From: the human T2T-CHM13v2.0 reference genome, Homo sapiens
DNA length: 64,000 nt
Strand: one strand, 5' to 3'
Assembly (NCBI RefSeq): GCF_009914755.1
Contig: NC_060926.1
The notes under the pieces are model-generated. The model was not told the DNA's origin. It saw only the letters and a program-made list of their open reading frames with translations, and did not search any database. Shown here one piece after another: positions 53,851-64,000 of this stretch (position 1 is its first letter; each line of letters starts with the position of its first letter). The position numbers and the translations under genes are program-made.

Positions 53851-55328
53851 CAAAGTTTGGTGGTGTTGAGGAAATTATTATTTATGGCCAATACAGTGGA
53901 TCCAATTTACTTTCCATATGGACTGGAAATGTCAAATAACCCTAGACTCTCCGAGCTGTGGTTTCATGACCCATAAACTGAGAGAGTTGAGTTAAAAGAA
54001 ATGCTCAAATTTTTCTTGACCCAGGAGCCAGGTTTAAACACCCCAGGGAATGTCAAGCCTCTAATCTAAATCTCCAAGAACCCTGTCACTCCGTCATTCC
54101 AAGTTGTCCCTGACAACCTTTCCTTCAAATTGTTGTTTTCACAAGAAAATGAACCCTTTCCAGATCGCGCAAACACATCCCCCGGGACCAGCTCTGCTGT
54201 TGCCGCTCCCGAGGGAGGCCGCCTTGCGCAGCTGTTGGTTGGGAAAGACTTTTCCGAGCAGCTGGACCCCGGGGCTGTATGTGGGGCAGGGCTGCGGGTC
54301 TGCAATGAGTCGTGACCACGGGGTCGCACAGATGTGGTGGATTGTTTGAGAGCCGGCGCTCAGCTGCTCCGGGTGCTCAGATGGCCTGTGCATGCTCCTC
54401 GCGGTTTCTCCAGCCTTGGTCCCCTCCTCCCTACCCCCGCAGGCTGCAGCCTCCAGGGGGCAAAGCAGGAGAGGACATGGCGCAATGCAGCCCTAGAGGG
54501 GCCGAGGCTCGGCTGAAGCTGCAGAGGGGCATCCGGATGACTCTGACACCCACTGCAGTGCAGTGTGTGCACACGCATGAACACACGTGCACACACACAC
54601 AGAGGACAGGATGGAGGAGACACACTTTTCTGACTCTACCCCAGACTCTGTACAGTCCACTCCTTCCCACACTCTGGTCAGAGGACCTGCCCCCCATTTG
54701 GCCACCCTCTAGGCCAAGACAGGCACAGGCACTCATGGCGACACCGTCACCTCATCTATAGGTGGGCACTGACCACACACACGTGTCCTAGGGCCTCACC
54801 CTTGGGAACTGACACTCCAAGCCTGACTTTCCTGTTCCAAAATCTGGTCCTCCCTCATCTCTGCCCCCAGTGCCTTGCCAGGCCGTCCTTCCACTAGTTA
54901 AGCCAAATATCTCGATTCCTCTCTCTCGCAGCCTCATCCCCCGGCTCTGCCCTCAGGATTTGTCCAGAATCCCACCTTCTCGCCGCACTTCCTAAAAAGT
55001 CTCCAGCCTTAGTCCACTTTGGCCAGCAGCCAAAGAGACCCTGTGGAAAGGGGGTCAGATAACGTGGGTCCCTGCTCAAACCCTCGAGCCCGGCCTGCCA
55101 CATAAGCATGACTTCCTGAGACATAACACTAGAGGTGATGGAGGCAGCACGAAAGGACAGCACCACAGAGAAAGAGGTGAGGAAGGAACCCGGGAGGGCT
55201 GCCTGGAAGTGGTAGCATTGAAGCTGGGCGTGGTGAATGGGCTGCATTTCAACAGTCAGTTGTTGAGGAAGGAGCATTTCTAGCTCCCCCATGACCTTTC
55301 TTCTGGGGGCTTCTCCTCCCTCACCCCC

Positions 55329-55727
55329 TGATATGGTTTGGATCTGTGTCCCCACCCAAATCTCATGTCAATTGGTAATCTCCAATGTTGGAGGCGGGGC
55401 CTGGTGGGAGGTGATTGGATTATGAGGTGATTCTCTGGTTTAACACCATCCCCCTTGGTGCTGTCATGGAGAGAATGAGTTATCAAGAGATCTGGTTGTT
55501 GAAAAGTGTGTGGCACCTCCCTACTTTCTCTCTCTTCCTCCTGCTGCAGCCACATGAGACTTGCCTGCTTCCCCTTCACCTTCCACCACGATTGTAAGTT
55601 TCCTGAGGCCTCCCCAGCCATGCTTCCTGTACAGCCTGCAGAACCATGAGCCAATTAAACCTCTTTTCTTTGTAAATTACCCAGTCTCAGACATGTCTTG
55701 ATAGCAGTGCAAGAACTGACTAGCGCA
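55329..55727 (+). mobile_element. MSTA-like MaLR solo LTR
   Basis: tgatatggtttggatctgtgtccccacccaaatctcatg...gattgtaagtttcctgaggcctccccagccatgc...ccaattaaacctcttttctttgtaaattacccagtctcag. Confidence 0.92.
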
Positions 55728-57501
55728 TCCCACCCCAAACCCTCACTTTGGTGTCCCCTGATCCTGCTGGAGGTGGACAAAGCCCAGCTCTGTGCCTGCT
55801 GCACTTCTGCGGTGGAGCTCATCTGTGTTTTCATTCTGGTGTAAAAGCTCGTAGAAGCTTCACACTACCCCATGTGGTTTCATTTACTTGTTGGCACTGA
55901 GCAGGGCAGATGTGTGCGTAGGGATTCCTGCGGATCCATGCTGCCCTGGAGCACCGAGAGAGGGGTCCTACCTGGGAAGCACTGGGCTCCTGGGAAGGGA
56001 GCAGGGGAGATGTGTATAGAGATTCCTGAGAATCTGCGCCACCCTGGAGCACTGAGAGAGGGGTCCTCCCTTGGAACCACCAGTGTCCTGGGAAGCGGGC
56101 AGGGGAGCCTCTAGAAGCCAAGATAACTGATAGATGAGGGGAGGGCACAGGAGCCGCTCTGGGGCCTGGGATCGCCACCCTGTTGGGGAGGTCAGTCTGT
56201 AGCCCCCGGACCCTCCAGCTTATCTGCACAGATTCAGCTCTGCCTGGGGGAGGTTGAATGGCACAGCACAGCACCATGGTGGGTCTGTCTGTACTTGGGG
56301 AGACAGGACCTGCTGGGATTCTTCTTCCTGGAGGCCCCGAGGCTGGCCCCTGGCCCAGTCTCTCCAAACCCTTCTGTCTGTCCTTTCAGAAAGATGGAGA
56401 TGCTGGTTTTTGGCACACTGCCCTGGGCATGCGTCTTTGGGCCTTTTAGAAGCTGGACGGTCCCCCAAGGGGGAGACTGGCTCAGTGCCTACGGGGTGGG
56501 CCCAGCCACCTTATAAATGCTCTTCCGTGGCAATGAGAAGCCCCTAAGGAGCGCTGCCGGGGCTGGGGGTTGGGCTGGTGACAGCGTGGCCCCCGTCTGG
56601 CAGCAGGCTGGAAACAGGCCAGGGCTGCCCAACCTTCCCAGTGCAGGCCTAGGAAAATCGCGAGCCTCTACAGGGCTCCTGCCTCCCTCCCAGCCCCATC
56701 CACCCCCTGCTCCTTCCCTGAAGGTGGGCCCCAGCCAGCCAGCTGGCCAGGAGCTCCAGCAGAGAACTATGTGTGTGGGGCTCCAGGGCCAGGGCCCTGC
56801 CTGTCCTCAGGGGCAGCTGCTTCAGGGTTCACTCTGCAGAAGGGACCCTCTGAGTTCATATTCTGCCATCATCATCCAGCACCAGCTGCAACCAGCAGCT
56901 GCTAACGCACAGGGGACACCTCCAGGGAGCAGAAGAGCTGCAGACCCAGCCCCTGTGGCTTGGCCCAAGTGCATCAGTCCCTGGGCTCATCTGGACATGG
57001 GGCGTCTGCAGTTTCTCCCACTTCGAGGCTCCTTTCTTCCCTTTCCCGCCCCAGGTCAGGGATCCAGGCACGTGGGCTGTGGAGTGGGCTGGGAGGTGCT
57101 GGGTCTGTGCCGGCCGAGTGGGGAAGGCTAGGGGCTGTGCCAGCCAGCATCTGTCACCCTAAGGGTTGTCCCAAAGACACCCCAGGTGCTGGGGTAACCG
57201 CATCATGCTCCACAGGCCCTGCCTCACCCTCTGCAGGGCCTGACCAGGCTTGGAAGAGAGAAAGTGGACCCATCTCCCTCAACCGCACACTTGTGACGAT
57301 GATGCCTCCTCCTGTCCCCGCAAGCTCCAAGCTGAGCTTTTCCGTGCATTTCCCAGTTCATCTTCAACACCAGCCCTGAGGGAGGTACCATTATCCCCAG
57401 GTGAGTATGGGGGGCAGAGGGGCTGAGGCCCGCCCACAGTGAGCCACCAGCAAGGGCAGAGCCGGGTTCTAACTAGAGCCTGTCAGATGGCAAAGCCCAG
57501 G

Positions 57502-57960
57502 TGTAACAGTTTTCCATGCTGTGTGACAAAGAGCCACAGCCCCGTGGCTTAAAGCAGCACACACCAGCTTAGGCTCTGTGGCCATGAGGCTGGGCAGGCC
57601 CAGCTGAGTCCTCTGCCCAGGGTCTCACTGGGCTTCCTCACGGGTGTCGGGACATGGCCTCTTCAGACTGCTCAGCTGGGAGAGACTCCTGGGCGTCCGA
57701 GTCCCTTCGGGTGGGTGGCGGGGGGACAGGTGGGACCCAGGCCTGGGCTTCGCTGGCTCTCTCCCAGAGCCCTCAGGTCCCAGAGGCAAGCCCAGGCTCC
57801 CTACCCCGTGGGATCTCCCATGTGGCTGCTTTCTTCCTAGGGTCTCTCCCTCCAGTCTTCTTGGACAGAGTCCTGTGTGCCATCTCCCGTCTCCTTTGCA
57901 CGTTCTGCAGTGGAAGCAAGTCCTGTGGCCGTGCTGCTCCACACACTGTGTCCTCCCAGC
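57502..57960 (-). mobile_element. Old MLT1-family LTR fragment
   Basis: tgctgtgtgacaaa...ccac...gtggcttaaagcagcac...cagctgagtcctctgcccagggtctcac. Confidence 0.55.
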
Positions 57961-60561
57961 ACAGGCCTCTGCCTGCCTCAGGCTACATTCCCAACCTGTT
58001 TCCCCACCAGGCACCTTTGCTGAGCCCAACAGTTACGTCTGCAGAAGGAACCGTCCGACAACGAGGCCACCCCATGCTACAGCCCGCACCGTGCACCTCA
58101 CTGGCCGCACGCCCTGCCTCCGTCTGTGTCTTCTCAAAGCCCCACCTGCCTGCAACCCCCGCCCTCTGTCTGTCTGGGCATGCTGGAGGGCCCTCCCTGT
58201 AACAGGCTCCCCGGCCCTGCACCCTGGCTCAGCTGACCTGGCTGAGATGGTCTCAATGCTCACAGGGGAGATAGGGAGACCTCATGCTGCTTCTCCAGGC
58301 TCCCCTGACCTCTGAGTGGGGCGGATCCGTTTCTGTCACACTGAATGCATTTACTGTTTCCCATTTGGACTGAGCCAGCGGAGCACTGAGACCACGCCAC
58401 ACAGGGCCAGCCTGGGAGGAGAAGGGGCTCTTGTTTCTGCCGGGTCCTCAGCAGCTGCACAGTCTCCTCCTCCTGGGGCCTCCCTCCCTCCCAGGCTGCG
58501 AGCCAGTGGTTGAAGATTTTCTCTGGAGGCATTTTCAGATCTGGCCTAGCACGGCCCCAGGTATCCCGTCCTACCTGCCAGGTGGGCAGGGACCTTCCTG
58601 AGACACAGTACAAGGGAGTAGGCCTTGCCCCAGGGAGTTCTGGCTGGGGGCTCCTGTGGGACAGCTCTGGGGACCCCAACACCTGCCCTGGGGACCTCCC
58701 CTTCCCACCTCCTGAGACACTGCTGGGTCCCTCTGTCAATCACATTTCTAGCTCTCCCGCCTCTACCAGGCCGGCCAATCAGATGGTGCCACTTCCTCAC
58801 CCGCCCCACCTTACAGTCATCCCTGCAAGGGTGGGATTGACAAGGGGGAAATCGGCCCAGCTTGGGGTGGAGGAGACGTTGATGAGGATCCTGGGAGACA
58901 AGGCCACCTCTTCCCAGCCATGGAGACTCCTGGGATGGACCCTCCCTCCCTTGACCCCCATAAAGGAGAGTCTTTGGGAAGGGAGAAGGAGGGCTGAAGA
59001 GGGAGGAGGGTTCCCACAAGAGTACAGCCCAAGCACTGCCGCGGCAGTGGAAGGCCCCAGCCCAGCCACACGGAGTCTCGAGGCTGAGGACAGAGAAGGC
59101 ACCTGGGTGCAAGGAGGCCCTTGGGTGTAGTTTGCAGTAGGACCAGTGGGCACAAGCGCCCAGGATGAGAGCCACAGGCTGACGGAGCCCCATGTGAAGG
59201 GGTAGAGGTCAGGGCAGAGGGGGACCCTAGGGAAGGGTCAGGACCCGTGCCTGGAGAGGAAGACCCCACGGCACCCACTTTCTGGTTCCTGAAGCCTTCC
59301 TGGCCACCACACTGTCCCGTTCCTGACCTGCCCAGGGTGGGCACCAGGGCTGGGGCTGGCCACAGGGACCCCTAGGGTCAGACAGCAAGTCCCAGCTGGT
59401 GCCACTCTGGCCCCCACCAACTGCGTGGACAGCCCTCACCCCCGCTCAGCCTCCCTGAGAAGAAAGGGTGGGCACAAACCCTCCGCCCCCACCCATAAAG
59501 GGCATGAGGAGAGGGCCCGGTACCCCTGAGCCCAAGCAGCCGGCGGAGAAGGGGCTGCAGAGGCCTGGCTGCCAGTCCCTGGAGATGACCCAAGGTGCGT
59601 ATGACCAGCAGGGCTGTGACCCCTAGCCCAGCCTGGGCTGACCACACGCCTGCAGGAGGCCACGCCTCTGGGTAGTGATGAGAAACCGCAGCCTCAGAGT
59701 AGGTGGGTGTGGCCTGAGAGCATGACTCACGCTGGGCTGCCCGGGGTCAGTCACGGGCTGGGTGAGACCTTTGTGTGCTGAGCCTGGGGCTCCCCACACT
59801 CGAGTGGTCCCCCGTGGCCTCACAGAGCAGCCTCAGAGGCCAGCCTGCCACCCCCTCATCCCACACAGAAGGAGGCTGAGTCCTCAGCGGGGGAGGGGCT
59901 GGTCATCCCATGGCCACGGATCCCGGAATAGCCGACCTCCAGCCCCCGCGCACGGGTACATTCTGTACGCCCAGGGTGGCTGGCGTGGGTGGCTGGCGTG
60001 GGTGGCGGCTGGCCCTGAAGGCCGGGGGCTGTGTTCCTGTGGCCGACTCACTGCCCTTTGCCCTTGGTGAGCAAGTCTTCCCTGGGCCTGGCTGCTTCTC
60101 TGTAAGACGGAGGCCCAGCAGGGTGGGAGGGGACATCATGACCCCGCAGCACTGAGAGTACTTTGTAAGCTGGGAAGTACCGTGGCTCCGCCAGGGCCAT
60201 GGTGACATCAGCCATTCACTACTGGCTGGGACTGGCAGATGTCCAGGGACCAGGCGAGGAGGGAGAAGGAGTCTCCCTGCACCTTCCCGCCCCAGCTCTC
60301 CCTCCCTCCCGCTCCCACTGCCTCCCCATCTGGGAGCAAGCCCTGGTTTAGAGATTGGGGTTTGTGCTGGGCAGACAGAATCAGCAGTGGCTCTCTCCCC
60401 CGCTCCTCCCCCAGGGGTGCTGGGCTGGCCCTTGGGGTTGAGGGTGACCCAGAACTTGCCATTGGCTGCCGGGTGACAGCCCCATCCATCTAGCTCACCC
60501 TGGAGCTGGGTTTGGGCACTGTAACATGTTGCAGGAGACCTGTCGGAGTTCAGTGCCATCC

Positions 60562-60645
60562 ACTCCATTAGTCATAATTATTTTAATTAAGAAGATAAGA
60601 AACACAACTCATCAAAGGTTTAATTATAATTAGCAGCTAACGACA
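60562..60645. promoter_or_regulatory. Candidate developmental enhancer (homeodomain/TCF/GATA cluster)
   Basis: Four TAATTA hexamers, AGATAA and ATCAAAG within ~70 bp of AT-rich non-repeat DNA in a GC-rich context. Confidence 0.45.
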
Positions 60646-61829
60646 CTCGGATGAATCACTGGCCCGAGCAGGTGCTCATTCACACTTCCCAGTTCACTGG
60701 ATGCGCCGTGGGAGCCGCTGAGACGTGGGCACAGAAGGCACATCTCCCTGGGACCCGAGAAGGCAACAGAGCCCCCGCATCCCCCCAGCACGATGCAGAA
60801 GGGCTGGGCCCATAGCAGCTACCTGTGTGGTCACTCAGCCCTGAGCTCAGAAGTGCCGGGGCTCAGAGGACACCCTGCTGTTGCCACCGGGCACCCTTCA
60901 CCATCTCTGAACAAGGCCTGGGATTTCTCTGTGACCTAGGCCCCCACAGGGTACAGTGGTCCTGACCCTACATCCACGTACAGGGAATGCTGACCGCGGC
61001 AGCTCCGTGTTCACAGCCCTGGACACACAGAAATGACTGTGATGTGGCCCTGACCTCAGTAGTGTAGAAGGAACCCACTGAAGGAGACCGAGGTGGGGAA
61101 CCTACAGGGCCTAATGGAAACCCCAGCTGGGTGGGTGGCGGCCATGCAGCTGGGAGTGAGTGTGAGGGTGCCTGGGGATGGAGACGGTGCCGGGGATGGA
61201 GACAGACACGGTCTCCATGAGGAAGCTGGGCTTAATCCTGACAGAGGGAGGCGGCCTGGAGGCCATACAGGGAAGAGGGGCTCAGGAGGTGTGGAAACAG
61301 GATTTCAGGACTGCCCGTGCTGCAGGTGGGTGCTGGCCACTGGTCTAGCCTGATCTGGCACCCTGGTGGTGCATGCCATTGGAGGGGCTCCCTGTATCTG
61401 TACTGTGGGGCCTTCCTGTCACAGGGTGGGCTCACAGGTCCTGCCCATCCCTGCATGGGATGTGGGTGAGCTTTGCTCTGAGGAGGCCGACGTGAGCCTC
61501 CTGATCAGCCGGACACAAAGTGGGCAGAGGGGCACCGAGCCCCCGGAGGCTCTGGGAGTGGGAAACCACCGATCTGTATGAGCTCAGGTGCCTCCTGGGA
61601 CAGCCTGGAGGACAGTGGCTGTGAGGGGCTGTCACTGCAGCTCATGGTAGGCAGCCCACCTTCCCATTCAGAAAGGCTTTCCAGAAGGGGACGGCTGTGG
61701 ATGAACAGGCAGCGTCCTCCTGTCCTGTTTCCATGCCTCTGACCACCCTCTACCTCTTCCCCTCGTCCCCTAAGCAGGCGTCCCTGTGAAGCGGCTACAC
61801 AACCAGAGCGGGGCTCTAGGGGAGGGTCC

Positions 61830-62125
61830 TGGCACCTCTTCCAGCACCCAGTGGCTCCCGGTTTCCCTGGTTTGTGGCCTCTCTGCTCCCGTCTCTGCCT
61901 CTGTCTTCATGCGGCCTCCCTACTGTGTCTGTCTCTGTCTCATTCTCCTTTCTTTTATGAAAACACAGCCATTGGATTTAGGGTCCACCTTAAATCTAGA
62001 TGATCACGCCTCCAGATCCTTAACTTAATTACATCTGCAGAAACCAAATAAGGTCACATTGTTAGGTACCAGAGATTAGGGTGTGGCTGTGCCATTTGGG
62101 GGGGATCACTCCATAACCCATCATG
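61830..62125 (-). mobile_element. MLT1C/B-like LTR fragment, followed by a MIR-like remnant (~62130-62260)
   Basis: tctctgcctctgtcttcatgcggcc...cattggatttagggtccacc...agatccttaacttaattacatctgcag...aaataaggtcacatt. Confidence 0.8.
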
Positions 62126-64000
62126 CAGCCCTAAGCTGTGTGACCGGCAGCAAGTCCCTGTCCTTCTTGGGGCCTCTGATCCCTCGCATGTGAGCATGAG
62201 CCCCCCTCAGAGGGACACATAAGGGATCAAGTGAGTCCCACGTTCAGTGTGGTGCCTGTCATGTTGTCTAGGGGTCTCTGGGTTCTGCAAACCAGGAGGC
62301 AGAATTAGGAGCAAGAATTAGGACCAGATGGATGGGAGCTGACACTGTCCCAGTGTGACCAGGGAAACAGATCTCTCCAGGACCTCGACAGCATGCCCTG
62401 GGCAGAGGCCGGTTGTCATCACCCCGTAGGGCTCAGGCCTTCCCTGGCTCCCCGGAGGGAGGCAGGATGAGATCAGTTCCAAGGGTCCTTCCAGATCTCG
62501 CAGAAAGTGCCCTCGCTTTATTGCACCTCCATTCAAGCTGAAAGAGATGGCCAACCAAATTAGCCCAGGATTGAACAGAAATTGATTTTAATTTAAAGCC
62601 CTTTGAGTGCTTTCTCCTCTCAGATGAAAGAAGAGTAGGCTGAGATGTGTCTCCTGCTGCCCCATAACTGTATCTGAGCCAACTTTCAGCCCCACACTGT
62701 CTGCTCCAGATGAGGCAGCTTTTCTCATTGTCTCTGGGTGGTGACTGAGCTTTACCTCCAAACTGCAAAGGAATCTCATTCTTTTATTCCAGTCTGGTGC
62801 CATCGCACACACTCTGACACATATTCCCCTGCACTAAGAGATGAAGGTTGAACTGAGCCTTCCAGAACAGTGCAACGCAAGGGGCTGAAACAGGGGCCTG
62901 GGTCCACCATTCCCTAATCCAGGAGGAGCGACATCCGAGAGTCCCCAGCTCAGACACTTCCCTCCAGGGGAGCGGCCATCCCTGTGTGTGATGGACGGCG
63001 CAATCCCAAATGCACTGGCTGGGAGATTCTGGAGTCGGGAGCTCAGTGGCACCACCTTCGGAAGTTCAAGTTGAACACCTAGGAGACTTAGAGTTGGCAC
63101 CGTGTTGGTGCCATGTGCTTAGTGTATGGCGCTGTGTGCTTAGGAGAGAGCCTGGGTCATGAGGATCCCCATGCCCCAGGGGCCCCTCTTTGGCCCTTAG
63201 CCCCAAATCCCATTAACCAGGCAGGTGAGGCCAGGGACATGTCTGTCCCCTCTGAGGCCCAAGCCCACGTGGTGTTCCTCATGGTGCGGCATGCAGGCAG
63301 ATTGACCAAGATGGCTATTGAGGCTGGAGTCCCAAGCCCCTCACCCACGCAGGCTGGCCAAGAACCTGGAAGGAACCTCAGGCCCCACAAAACGTGAAAC
63401 CATGGCTGCCCATCCTTCTTCCCCTAGTCCTTGAAATCCATCCCCTCCATCCATCCAGCCTGTGAATTTACCCCCAGGCCAAGGAGCACAGCTGCAGAGC
63501 AAGGGTCCCTCCTGCAGGGTCAGGCTCTGGAAGGTGACCAGAAACCCCAGAAACCCCACCCCTGCCTCCCCTCCCTAGCCATGACCGTAACTCCCACTGC
63601 ACTGAGAAAATCAAGGGCCAGAAGCCCCTGCACCACCTCCCCCGCTGCAGTAAAAGAGGGGTTCGCCCTTGCCCCCATCGCCCACCAGCACCCCCTTCAC
63701 CCTGGTCATAGCCTTGCACCATGGGGCACCGCCTGCATCTCACCCCAGCCCTGCCCAGTTCCTCTGCCCTTGGCATTTTAGCTGCTCCAAGTGCCTCCTT
63801 TCTCAGAACCGTCCCCAGACCCTGCATCCCGCTAGGGATCTTCACCCTCTCCCGCTCCTGGTGGTCAAATCTTTAAAAGACCGCCTGTGTTTGCCATGCC
63901 TTCCTTCCGCCCTCTCAGTGACCAGGTCTCCAGGAGGGTCTTTCCTGAGCAGGTGCACGACACGCCTCTGAGGCCCCCCTGCAGCTCATGCTGCCTTTAT

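Noticed and set aside
56517-60568. Several 200-223-aa ORFs in GC-rich unique sequence
   Set aside because: They overlap on both strands, often start at non-ATG codons, are rich in P/G/S/R/W/C and resemble no family I know; expected by chance at this GC content.

Overview
This is primate genomic DNA, most likely human: it carries AluJ/S/Y elements, including one near-consensus AluY, along with L1M, L2/MIR, ERVL-MaLR (MST/MLT1), MLT2A and ERV1 LTRs and hAT MITEs. The GC-rich unique sequence and many minisatellites resemble a distal R-band or subtelomeric intergenic/intronic region. I cannot place the locus and find no protein-coding exon I can support. The long ORFs are explained by tandem repeats, Alu/LTR sequence or high GC. 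The most notable elements are: (1) a perfect (TTAGGG)5 interstitial telomeric insert inside an old L1; (2) two ~1 kb arrays with exact 10-bp periodicity and related units in opposite orientation (6.4-7.6 kb and 34.2-35.1 kb); (3) a CpG-rich segment with a near-consensus CTCF site beside a GC-box minisatellite (41.2-42.5 kb); (4) an orphan YY1+ETS promoter-like module (53.8-54.5 kb); (5) a full MLT2A LTR with TSD and a DUX-type motif; (6) several AT-rich homeodomain-motif islands that look like enhancers. I see no convincing new multi-gene system. Repeat subfamily names come from recalled consensus sequences, and the boundaries of old repeats are approximate.
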